The notes under the pieces are model-generated. The model was not told the origin of the DNA. It was given only the letters and a program-made list of their open reading frames with translations, and searched no databases. The position numbers were made by a program, and so were the translations under genes. DNA of 50,848 bases, counting the filler, from Catajapyx aquilonaris (taxonomy: Eukaryota), in the NCBI GenBank assembly GCA_000934665.2. It is 2 parts of 2 records of this genome, joined end to end, with 100 filler letters (N's around TTAATTAATTAA, not from the genome) between each part and the next. Parts side by side here need not be neighbours in the genome. Positions count along the whole stretch, not along the records: positions 1 to 25,379 come from JYFJ02005373.1; positions 25,480 to 50,848 come from KZ539338.1. One strand, given 5' to 3'. Shown piece by piece: positions 14,501 to 25,846 of this stretch. Every line of letters begins with the position of its first letter. Position 1 is the stretch's first letter.

Positions 14501-17500
14501 GTCAGAAAGCTTGACCTGTTACTCTGGGAGTCTGAATCCTCACGAGAAAGCCCTTGACAAATGGTTCCATCTAAAATTCAAATTTGTTAGCCACAAGATA
14601 TGAACCGTCCTTGCATCTTGTTTTGCTCGATAAGATATATTTCCGTTCCGGGACGTCATTAATAACCGATTCTGGCGGGCTTCTGGTGCTACTTTCTGCC
14701 CTTGTTCTTACGGATGCGGTTACAGTAAAAACTTGACCGCCTTGAGCATGGAGGGAGAAAAAAAGGGGGCGTGACAATCTCCTGGGGGGAATTGCGAAAT
14801 TTTTTGCACGTTTCATTTTTAGAGGTTTTATGCCGCAAAAGCGAGCATCTGCTTAGATAAATTCCTCTGTGTAAAGATAAATTTACAGGACTCGCCCTAA
14901 CTTGAGACCGGATTTGTGCCACCACCCCCCTATCCAAAAAATTGTACCCATCTGGCGGATTGGGCATAGGAATGATTGAGAGTTCCTGGAAGAATTTGTA
15001 TACCAATCACACCGGTCATCCGCAAGGAAAAAAGGAGATAAAAAAGCTGCAACGGTGGTGGCCACGTACTCCATTGCCACAACCTGGGAAAATCGTGCAG
15101 ATTCGAATGCTGTAGTCGTTGGTAACGCAGCTCGAGAATCGTTTGTCAAAGGTTTGTAGCAACATTCTGGCTCGGATGAAACCGTTCCTTCATACACACT
15201 ACACGATTCGACAGGGCTGAAATTGGCCCTTTTTTATAAATAAAATAAAATGTTGACCAAAATATGTATAGGTGGTGGAGGCAAAAGCGGAGTACTCGAC
15301 GATGCGAAATGCTGTCTCACCAGGAGATGGATGTCGTGTTTCGGTAGCAAGTAGCCTTCAGAAAACGAGGCTTGGCATTAAACATACGTTCTTTTTTTCC
15401 TGCACCCTCGCTCCTCCAAAATTTCCACAATACTGGTTTGATCAATGTAGAGGCATTTTGGGCTTCAGGACTTTGTCTGGATCTGGAGTTGGTCGATTTA
15501 TCTCTCAGGAAGCCCCAATGACAACCAACAAGAGGGGAGCGCAATATCCATCTTGATGGGACTTTTTAGGTCTTGTCTACCAGACGTTGACACGCTTCGG
15601 ATATATGCAGGGAACAAAACAGATGTGTCATAAGTGAAAGAAAGAGCACGACACTGCGGCCGTGAAATCAGGAAAGAATATGTTCTCATTCATTGCCAGT
15701 GTTTTTAAAACCGAGAAAACGAGTCGGGTCTTGTAACATATTTATAATGTTGTTACTGTTGAAAGTCGCCATTCAGCTTCTGTGGTAAAATTGTGCATCC
15801 TAACCATAACGACCCAACATGTCCATGTGAATCCAGCTTCAGGCAACAACTTCGCAGGCCTGTCACTTGGCAGGTTATTGCTATAAACTTGTTAGTCACT
15901 TGATCCTAATCAACTAAAGACAGATAGACAAACCTGTCCGCAGTGATTTGGATCACATGGTAAGCAGAGGTGCCATATTTCTCTGTCAACTGAGTCATTA
16001 TGTGCCCAATATCCAGCGGTGATAATTCTTCTATGCCCTAATAGGGCCTACATTAATTTTAGCACGATTATGCGCTGTAAATTACAACACATTCCTGACA
16101 TAAATGCAATATCTCCTACCTCCATATAGCCTACAGAGCTCAAAAAAGCAGCTAATTTACTATTTGCAGTGAGTAGAATGTATACAGTGTCTCGAATTGC
16201 TGATGTTATACTAGCAGGTGATGCGTAACAGTCATCTTTCTATCTGAGCTTTGTCTTCCTCCTATTTCTTCCCATTTCTCTCCCCTGCCTCTTCCCTTCC
16301 CGGGCAAATGAACGGAGAGGCAAGCGATGGGAAAAATTGAAAGAATACGTGAGGAGCGTTCCAGAAGCCTCAAGATGAAGGAGGAGAATGCTGGGCGCCG
16401 TCCCCGTAAGGCACAGGGAAAAAAACTCAGAATGAAAAAAGGCGAATGAAGGCAAGTAGACAACATCGAAACCTATTCACCGCCACAGGAGCGTCATTCG
16501 ATGCCGAGGAGAAAAAACTGTACACTGTCAGATTCTATTAAGTTTTTTTCCCCTCTCGTTCTTTGGAATGTCCTTTGCACTGGAGAATACAGTATAAAGT
16601 GCATACCAGGACGCTATTTTATAAGCACTACGCGTGCTACTCAGCCATTTTTAACAGCAGTGGGGAAAGTAAACAGCTGATTAAAGCGCTGTAGATACCA
16701 TTGGTGTTAAGATAGCTGAGGAAAGAATTTTAAAAATTCGTTTTCGATACTGTGAAATGGAGGAAATTCGAACTTTTCTGGGGAAAACTATAGAGTTCTG
16801 TGTTTTTACGCCTGAAAATTGAGCTCCAAATACTGTAGATAAAGCGACATGGAAATAGGTTTTCTGAAAGGGACTATATGAACATTTTCTATTGCCTTCC
16901 TTTACTATTCACATCTTACCACAATAGAGCCATTATTATCATTGTTGTTGTTGTTGTTGGATTTAATAATCAAAAAGCTCAAGTGAGTCTCTATGATAGC
17001 CAAATAAAGCGAAGCTATTCAGGAGGCAGTGCTCAGAACACTTTGAAAAGCAGCACGCTGCAAGGCATCAAAGTCGTGATCGCATTATCAATTATTGTGC
17101 TTATGAATTCGTGCAAATATTGCTCTCTGAAATTGCTTCACCGGATCAGTGCAGTGTCCCGAAAATAACGGCTCCAAGTAATTTATTCTGATACTGAAGC
17201 CATATGACTATAGTGCCATAAGCCCACAACTATAGGCACAGCTAAAAAAAAGTCATCTTCTTGACTCACGAAGCAGGTTTCAAAGGCCTTGAAATGCCTT
17301 GAAATATGCAATCCACACTCCACTCCCTTCATCTCATTACGCACAAGAGACCTCCCAAAAAATTGCCTCTAAGTATCACTCTTTTCTTGTTTCCTTCCCA
17401 TTTACATAACAAAGCATCATGAATCCTCTGTTTTGGACTTGATCCCCCCATCGCACGAAGACTCCCAAACACCCCTCCATAAAGCATCACAAAAGTTGCG

Positions 17501-18423
17501 GAGACTCATCAGTAAACAATTTGAGTTTTGGCCCGAAAACACCATTATCTCCCCTGCGTGCAAGGAAGAAACGCAACGAGAAAATAAGGGAGTTAGGTTG
17601 TGTGTGTGCTGGAGACGTGAGCCAAATGCCAGCATGGAGACTTCAAAAGAAGAGAAGGTGTTGGGGGGAGGCCTGCCGATCCTTTGTACCTTTTGTTTCC
17701 TTACAACAGGCCTGAAGACGCTAAGTGGTGCTCTTTTGTTTCCCCGTGTCAGATGAGACGACTTCAAAGTCTCCAGAAAATTCTGCGCGCTTGAGGGGTG
17801 ATAGATCCTCACCTACCGTACTGGGGCTTCACCTGGATCCGAGTGAAAAATGTGCGTCACATCCACTTCTTGGCCTTCTTTTGTTCGGTGTGGGTGGATG
17901 GAAGTGCCATCAATAGTTAATGAGGCCATTATTTTTTCTCTCACACAAAGTTAGTGTAATTTTCATATCAGAATTGATGGTGCGATGTCACTGATTTTAA
18001 TTGAATAAATGATAAATTCGGGGAATGTAAGCTGCATGGGCATGACACATTAGGCTCTAAAAATGCGGGGGGTAATCAGAACAGTTATTCACTGTTGTGT
18101 ATAAATTTCGGCCTGCATAGCCAGAGGCTCATTTCACATGAACGTACAAGTGGTGACTGAAATTTGCATCAATGAAATGCAATGCATACTGTCCCTGGGA
18201 TATTCGGCGAGTTGAATACTTTAGTTGCTGCTGATGTGGTTCAATTAGGCATCCACTTACACCCACTCTGTTCATATAGGCAAAACCAAAAATAGATTCT
18301 TTTTTTGTGAGAAGAGGGCTCTAACCTTTTCAATTGTTATCACTGATAGAGCTGTGTGTTCAAAGTGTATAATTCAATGTGACTACGAGCATGAATCTTG
18401 AGGAAATTATTTTTCTGTAGTTA

Positions 18424-18486
<63 letters not shown>

Positions 18487-18597
18487 CTGGGGTAATGTGC
18501 TTTCGCCCCTAGGAGTATATCGCACGGACCTTTATTTGATGAAGGTACATTTCGGCGCCTATAGTGATTGAAACGCCAGGGCCCACGGGCAGGATGT

Positions 18598-18880
18598 ACC
18601 AGTCTTCCATATAAGCTGTGAGACCGGAAGTAGCTGTTTTTACTGTAACTGTGGGGACTTTCACTCATCTGTGTGGACAATTTTCCCACTTGCGGGGACG
18701 TTTACGGTCCCCACAAGAAAATTGCAGGTTTGCTTTTGCAGTCCCCACTATTTCCAGTTGCAGGGTTTTAGAAAAGTCCATTTTTCTCAGCCTAGGTTAG
18801 GGTAGGGTAGGTTAGGTTAGTTTACACTAGCTTTGAAAAGTTGTCTTTTTCACGTCCCCACACCTAATAGGCCGCAGGAA
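18598..18880. mobile_element. Non-autonomous element with GGGGAC/GTCCCC motifs and an internal degenerate TTAGG tract
   Basis: It interrupts the SINE-A body between ...GGATGT and GTGTGTG. It has five GGGGAC/GTCCCC motifs in both orientations and TAGGTTAGGGTAGGGTAGGTTAGGTTAG at ~18793-18820. Confidence 0.55.
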
Positions 18881-19048
18881 GTGTGTGCAATGTCCTTGTG
18901 TGGCCATTTTTAGTGAGCTCCCCCGGGTGGTTTAGTCTATTGGAAATACCACCCGAGACGAAGCCAGAGGTGACCCTGAACTCTGCACGAGATGAAGAGG
19001 TTGTCCCCGGGCGGGATTCGATCCCGGGACCTTAACATCCGTGGACGC

Positions 19049-19400
19049 GGGGAGGTGTAGATGGCCGAGATGGTAACGTCTCGCGGCTTGCTGAGTGAAA
19101 GGCCCCAGGTTCTATCCCTGCCTGGGGAACTTTCCTTTCACCTGCGTCAGGAGGGTCTCTGACCTGCACCTTGGAGGTGTCTGGCAACCTAACCTCCTGG
19201 GGAACAGCACATGACCCATAGCTACGACATTGCACCTTGCACCCATGTTCCCTCCCCAACAATCCCTATCCTTTCCCAATGTCCCTGTTTCCTTGCACCG
19301 GAGAATGAAGTAGAAAAATATATAGAAAACTGATGGTGGTGTGGCACCCCCTATAGATCCCGTAAGGGACATCACGGGGTAGCCTATTTTTTTAAAAACC
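19049..19400 (+). mobile_element. tRNA-derived SINE, family B (head B + tail 2), nested in SINE-A
   Basis: A-box TGGCCGAGATGG and B-box-like GGTTCTATCCC. Exact 11-bp TSD TCCGTGGACGC at 19038-19048 and 19401-19411. A homologous copy lies at 42529-42924. Confidence 0.85.
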
Positions 19401-19554
19401 TCCGTGGACGCTTACGTTGCCGCAGCGCCACTTCGCTTCCTTTATTTTTCTGCAGTTATTTACGTGACCTGATTTAAAATTAGAAGTGCAGCAGCCAAAT
19501 TGAGAAGTATACTCCGGAAAATAGGCCTACATGGAGTATCACAATGAGCCAGAC

Positions 19555-20888
19555 AAAGGATCTGGCACCATCCTTATGGGAAATGGCTTTCGGTTAAATT
19601 CTCCCAATTTTTTATATGTTGTAGAAAATAAGATGGTGATCAATTCTTAACATTGCGCCAAGACCTGAAAATCATCAGGTCACCCGCTACATCGGGTCAA
19701 AGGGCAGCTTGCCGTTCCCTCATAAGGTAAGCCAAATGGGGTACCAATGGAACGGGCGTGATTAGCTGGTTCTGAAAAACCCAACATGTTGATCCCTGTG
19801 ACTTGCAGGTCACGCGCTACTTCGGGTCAAAGATACAAAATATCGGTCCCTCAATAATTGGCCCATCTACTGTACAGTCCCGGACAAAATAGCAAATCAT
19901 ACATGTAAACTACGGCTTTGGCGTTACCTGGGAACTGGGCGTGTTCAGACATCGACGTATGGAGAGTGCTTAGCGTTCTTTTTTTATTGTTGCTACTGTT
20001 TACAGGTAGCGATTGATGCTGGGCGACCTATAGGTCGCAGCCCGCTTATTCCGATGCCATGCATTAGACCCGTCGCTAGGTCGCCCAGCATCAATCGCTA
20101 CCTGTAAACAGTGGCAACAATAGAAAGAGCGAGGGAGACGGAGTGGCGCCGCGGTAACGCGCGCGCCCACGGAAGTTAAGGTCCCGGGTTCGATCCCCAC
20201 CCGGGGTTCCCACCTTCTTTCGTGCAGAGTTGGGCCATCTCTGGCTTCGTTTCGGGTGGCAATTTCCGATAGACTAAGCCACCCGGGGGAGTTCACAAAA
20301 TGACCAATTAACGACAGCGCACATGCACTTTGCACATCCCCTCCTAACGACCCGTGAAACACACTAAATACTTTCAGTATACTAGTTTCACCACAGATGG
20401 TGGTAGCCCACCCCCCTAAACGAGCCTCAGGCTCGAGCACGGGGTATCAATTTTAAAAAAAAAGAAAGAAAGAAAGAAAGAGCGCTAAGCACTCTCCATA
20501 CGCCGATGTCCGAACACGCCCAGTTCCCAGGTAACGCCAAAGCCGTAGTTTACATGTATGATGTGCTATTTTGTCCGGGACTGTACAGTAGATGGGCCAA
20601 TTATTGAGGGACCGATATTTTGTATCTTTGACCCGAAGTAGCGCGTGACCTGCAGGTCACAGGGATCATCAACATGTGGGGTTTATCAGAACCAGCTAAT
20701 CACGCCCATTCCATTGGTACCACATTTGGTGGACCTTATGAGGGAACGGCAGGGTGCCCTTTGACCCGATGATTTTCATGTCTTGGCGCAATGTTAAGAA
20801 TTGATCACCATCTTATTTTCTACAACATATAAAAAATTGGGAGAATTTAACCGAACGCCATTTCCATAAGGATGGTGCCAGATCCTTT
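19555..20888. mobile_element. Large foldback/palindromic DNA element (~475-bp inverted arms, 46-bp spacer)
   Basis: The left arm 19555-20030 is the reverse complement of 20077-20131 plus 20485-20888 (e.g. AAAGGATCTGGCACCATCCTTATGG / CCATAAGGATGGTGCCAGATCCTTT), with scattered mismatches and small indels. A SINE interrupts the right arm. No outer TSD was identified. Confidence 0.85.
20132..20474 (+). mobile_element. Full-length tRNA-derived SINE (head A + tail 2) inserted in the foldback arm
   Basis: A-box TGGCGCCGCGG, B-box GGTTCGATCCC and an A/(AAAG)n tail. 10-bp TSD AGAAAGAGCG at 20122-20131 and 20475-20484. Confidence 0.88.
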
Positions 20889-22744
20889 CCATATGGTGAA
20901 GCACTAGGAACCAAAGGATTATTTTTTGTGTAGAGGTGTCATTTGGTCTCCGCAGCCTCCTTTCCAATGTAATGAGTTTTAAACACGATATGTGAAGTAC
21001 TTTTGCAAAAAGACATTGCATTTTTCATTGAAAGTCTAGGCGTTACGATATGCATGATTTGTAATTGGAATTGCTATCTAATTTCGAGTAGCAAGCAGTA
21101 ACGGAGGTAGTGGAACAGTCTTAGGCTAATAATTTAATTTTCGATTCATTCTAGTTTTTCTCTAACGATTGTGTGGAGCCGAAGTGAAACCTGTGCATTT
21201 AAGTGATAATTTGGCGCTCATTGTTTGACCTTAGAAGTTTGTCTCAATCATTATGAAACACTCTCATACCCAATGAAAATGAAGGGAAAACAAAAGCTCC
21301 TTAGTCAGTAGATTTGTTTGATAAATTTAATCCATTTGTTTACAAAATTTTAGACTTTTAAAGCTGACAGTTTGTAGGTGATCAATACTATGAAAAATAT
21401 GCACATGCTGCACAGTGCACAGTCCAGTCACTGACTAAGTCTCGAATATAGGCTAACTATATACAATTTTGTAAACTCAGATTTGTAAAAACAACATTTT
21501 TGCTAGGCTCCGAAGGAGAGCCTATGCACACCTCCAGGGTTTAAAGAATGTTATTTTATACTTACGGAACTCCTAGAGAAATGAGATTTTCCGTCTCTTT
21601 TTCAGCAAATGCACAGTTACTCTGGTATTACTTAGGTTTGAATATTCTTCTACCTCCAGTATTTGTACATTTTTTACTTAACTACAGTAATGCGAGTACC
21701 TGGACAGTGCACAATTTAATTACACAAGCCCTCTTCCTTTTGTACTGCATGAGGTTCTCGCTATTCAGTACGGAGTGTATAATATTTCTAAAAGCTGGCT
21801 AACAAAAAGTGCATTTTTGCGTAGGTATAGCTGAGTACATCCCGAGGACAAACCTAGAAATAGGCTTAGTTTTCGCACAAACAGAACATTTCCCCAAGTT
21901 CGTGTTATGAGCTCCAAGGCGCGGTTATTTTTCCCCTGGAAATAAACACCCGCTGTTTATAAAATGCGAATTTGAAAGCACTGGTCCACCACTTTCGAGC
22001 TCACCGGGAAAATCTCACTGCGGTCATTTTCGAACAAGCGAAGGTGAGGATTTGTTTTCTCAAGGGACACTTCCATTTGGCGTTGGCGTGGCTGTGGGCT
22101 TTTGCCATCTGCTGCAAGTTCTTTCAGTCGGCCAGTTAATTCTTTAGCCGCCCGGTTTTCAAGTTCGTGGCTTGTGAGGTGGGGGAGTGTTGGCAGGGGG
22201 AGACCAAATCCCCCCTCAAACCATTTTGAATGGGGCACCTTGAATACATGGCCGGAAAACTCCATTCAGAATTTCTCTGAATGCAAGGGCAGGAGAAAAG
22301 AGTGAAGAAGTCGGAGTTTTCGCCTCTTTTAAAACCTTTTCTTCCTCGCCCACTTCAAGTTGGAAAAAGAGGCCGGCTTCTTCGTCGTTTCCCGCTTCAT
22401 TCTACTCTGCTTATTTGTAACTAGAGTTTATAATGCTGAGCTGCGGGTGCAAACTTCAAGTGAATTATTTTAGTGATCAGAGATGTCAGTTAAGGCGAAA
22501 GTGAGGAAGCAGTGATATGTTGCATGCCATATAGTGACATAGATTTTAGTTGCGAGATTGAATCTCTACTGGTCGGTTTTTATTAGAAAAACTTTTTTTG
22601 TCAATTCAGAAATTCATGACTGACATTTCTGATGTAGCCTACTGTATATATCATTTTAGGAGATACTGATAAAATGTTCAAATTGAATAAAATGTGATGA
22701 TTTTGTGAGACTTTCGTCATAAACCAAATTGGAAGTTATGCCTT

Positions 22745-23119
22745 TGTGACCCGAGCGGTTAGGTACACACAGTAAATAGTCAGTGGGTTCAGTTCTGTCA
22801 TACTCTTTAATGTGTTATCTTACAAACATTTAGTGAAAGGAAAAAAGGATATCAAGGTGGTGTGGGGCACGACCAGTCCCCCGGGATATTGTCCCGGGGA
22901 AAAAGGCCTGGAGTGAAACAGCTCGCTCCCTTATATAGCAGAGTACAATGCATGATGGGCGGAAGCAAAAGGAAAAGTCACATGACATGTGCTGGCAGAA
23001 AGTATAGAGTGAAACGAATGGGGTAATCAAATATGCACTGAGATAAAGGTGATGCAAGGTAGCATCAGACTGCAATGAACTGTAGGACGTTTAGACATAG
23101 TAAAACCGGTACGGTCACA
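22745..23119 (-). mobile_element. Solo LTR (Ty3/gypsy-like by TSD length)
   Basis: Termini TGTGACC...GGTCACA with a 4-bp TSD CCTT (22741-22744, 23120-23123). On the minus strand, TATA CTATATAAG (22930-22938) is followed by ATTAAA (22806-22811). Confidence 0.75.
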
Positions 23120-23538
23120 CCTTGTATTTCCATCTGGCCTTCATTTCCTCATTTAAAACAAAACAAAATTGAAAGTGCACATCGACCTCCCAGAAATGAC
23201 ACTGCTAATTTCAGATACACTGTGTTCCTAGTTCCCAGTTTTAGAGGGAAGTTGCTGAGGAAGTTAATGTTTGTTTATCCACATAATAATTTGAATACTG
23301 TATAGGATGAATGTGTGACAGATTTGGTCCATTTTGACACATTTACATACATAATGTGTACATCTCTCCTTCCCATCATGCAATATTTTCATCTGTTAAT
23401 TCCCCATTGGCTGATGTTACATTCTCCCATCATGCATTGCGGATATTGTGCACCTATATAAACCGTGTGCTCATGTTAATCTTGGCCTTTGGCTGCCATG
23501 AACATTGGTATGCCCCTGGTCACTCATTCCTCTCCCTT

Positions 23539-23685
23539 GTATCATCAGTTGAAAAAGAACTGTCCCAGTCATCCTGACGTGTGGGCTGGCCGCTCGACAC
23601 ACACCATGTAAGTTACATGGTGTGTGTCGAGCGGGCAGCACACACATCAGGATGACTGGGACAATTCTTTTTCAACTGATGATAC
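23539..23685. mobile_element. 147-bp near-perfect palindrome, probable hairpin MITE
   Basis: GTATCATCAGTTGAAAAAGAAC...CACACCATGTAA-G-TTACATGGTGTG...TTCTTTTTCAACTGATGATAC. The arms are 73 bp around a single G at 23612, with few mismatches and TA at both ends. Confidence 0.7.
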
Positions 23686-24689
23686 CTATGTACTTTTCCC
23701 TTTTTTTCTCCCTTGCAAGCGAATTAAACACAGACCACACGAACCTCTCTTTGCTTCATGCATCCCCACTACTGTCACAAATGAAATCAAGATCTTCTTT
23801 GGTTTTGGTATTAATGATTCGCCTTGGCTAAGCAATACGTAAATTCTTGGCCTGTATTGATGGGCAGCTAGTTTTCGCCCTATGCAATGAAATTTTTCAT
23901 TATATAATTTTTACCGTAATAATAATTATTATATTCATACTTATTAAAATTACAGTGAAACCTGTGTTACATGTTTAGTTAAGTGTCCATTCCATATTAT
24001 CATGGTTCCAATACTTCGGAACATATAGCACGAGTCATGAGTCTCGAGTTCGCGGTAGCGAGACATATCTTATTGCTACATTTTAGACTTGGACAAGGAA
24101 AAAGCCATTGGTGGCAGGATCACAAAGAGAATCAGACTGAGTGGGATTACTTGCATGAAACACGTTCTACAACAGAGGGCGTCAATATAACTTAGGAGCA
24201 GTATTAAGCAGATGTATAGTGTGGATGGCAAAGACGTGGTCGCAAACAGCAGTTTAAACCAGGTTACATTAGACCAGGTTTTGGCCGCGTCATGAACTTC
24301 AGACCGAGTTTCGAGAGACCATCGTTCAATCATGTTATCAGATTGGCAATCAGTTATTCTCTCCGGTGCGGTGCTGAAAAGAGCTTCATTACTAAGAAAA
24401 GGACTCGTCCGGTGGGGGTGTGGACATGCACGGGGGACGGAACGGACAAACTTCCCAGCGGAGGACAAGTCTACGACAAAGTAAATACTGTAGAATGAGA
24501 GGAGGTATCGAATTTAGAAGCATTAGAGAGTTTCAGTGCACCTTATCGTATGTTACGAAACGATACTCCGTGGGCCCCGAAGAAGCATAACCGAAGCGGT
24601 GATTGGTCCGGCGCGGCGGTCCCTCCCGCTACAGTCCACCCACTCCCTACGTTGCGTATCCCGATACGGGTGGGGTGATAGCGTCAAAC

Positions 24690-25170
24690 GATGCAGTCCT
24701 CTATCTCCATCGATATTTCCCTATCCCAGCTCTGGTCTGCCTCTTCCTCCCCACCTTCCCCGAACTTTACTGCCCTTTTTTCCCTATGCCCCCCCCCCNC
24801 CCCCAGTAATCCAACAAAATGATCCATCCATTCCCTTTCGGGTACTGACTTAGGTGCTGATTCCCTATATACTTCGTTTTCCCCATCAATTTTTCCCACA
24901 TTTCCCCCTCTGCTTTTACTCTTTTCCAATCGTCCATCATTTTATTCACTTGTTCATTTTTCTTCTCCATGCATAATTTGCCATACTCTTTCTTTCTTTT
25001 CACATACTCCAGTCTGTCTCTTTCTTTTCCGTCCTTTTTATACACCCTAAAACTTCTCCGAAGCATTTCTCTTTTAATTTTAGAATCTCTGTCAAACCAA
25101 TCCGCCCTTCTCTTTTTTTATTTTCGTCTCTTGAATCGCATCCCCACAGCTGCCTGTTCTATACCGACAT
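24690..25170 (-). pseudogene. Degenerate non-LTR retrotransposon (LINE) ORF2 fragment, endonuclease-RT linker region
   Basis: One frame reads WFDRDSKIKREMLRRSFRVYKKDGKERDRLEYVKRKKEYGKLCMEKK...MWEK. After a frameshift it reads VPEREWMDHFVGLL...WDREISMEIEDCI. These match the WFD / Y...KKEY...KK / EW..HF..LL / D.EI motifs typical of the region before RT in CR1/L2-group ORF2. A stop and a frameshift are present. Confidence 0.72.
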
Positions 25171-25282
25171 ACTAAATTTCCGACAGCTTTATTACCGAAT
25201 ACATACATCCCAGACACCTCCTTAATAACTACAGACACTTACGTCTACTACCCCTTTTCACCTTTTCACCTTTATTACAACA

Positions 25283-25846
25283 TCTAATATATATAAAGCC
25301 CCAATCCGACGAGGAGGATGAAAAAGATTTCGTACTTCCCGACGTCGTAGAGACCTCGGACTTGCGCCGTTGGATTCCTNNNNNNNNNNNNNNNNNNNNN
25401 NNNNNNNNNNNNNNNNNNNNNNNTTAATTAATTAANNNNNNNNNNNNNNNNNNNNNNNNNNNNNNNNNNNNNNNNNNNNTTGAGTACTCCAGCGACCCCA
25501 TAGCTGCCTGCTGGCACAGTCATCCAGGCCAGGTTTGCCATTATTTTTGGGGTTGGGGAATGACTAAGAGAGGCGCCGGTCTTTCAATGCTATTCTACAT
25601 TTACTGCACAACCTTCAATTTTTCATTTCAAACTTTTGCTGGATTTTTAAGGCGTATTGTGTACTCTCTTACAATCTGACATCCGCAGTTTGGTGTTTGG
25701 ACTTCATGCACATGCAATATGCTCCATGTTACAGGTATGCCAACATTGTATAGCCATAATTAATTCAAAGGTTACTACCAAATCAATGACTTACACCTAC
25801 ATGGAAAAGTATTTCATAACCCGAGCAACGCCGGGTATCCTGCTAG
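25283..25846 (+). mobile_element. Non-autonomous Helitron spanning the assembly gap
   Basis: 5' end A|TCTAATATATATAAAG. 3' subterminal hairpin ACCCGAGCAACGCCGGGT (25819-25836), then CTAG|T. It sits between A and T with no TSD. Confidence 0.7.
25380..25479. other. Artificial 100-bp scaffold spacer (44 N + TTAATTAATTAA + 44 N)
   Basis: Symmetric N runs surround a 12-mer that gives stop codons in all six frames; total length is exactly 100. Confidence 0.95.

Larger units (their letters stand above)
18428..19440 (-). mobile_element. SINE family A copy with (ATT)n tail, split by two nested insertions
   Basis: The A-box head is at 19401-19440 (rc GAAGTGGCGCTGCGGCAACG). B-box and body are at 18881-19048. 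The 3' part at 18486-18597 matches 11528-11590 (CATCCTGCCCGTGGGCCC, AAGGTCCG.GCGATATA). About 19 TAA units at 18428-18485 form the tail. Confidence 0.8.

Noticed and set aside
20132..20210. tRNA genes at A/B-box sites (also ~11360, ~19060, ~42860)
   Set aside because: These are heads of repeated SINEs with bodies, tails and TSDs; no complete cloverleaf was seen.
25424..25435. TTAATTAATTAA as a homeodomain site or palindrome
   Set aside because: It is an artificial spacer centred in a 100-bp N gap.
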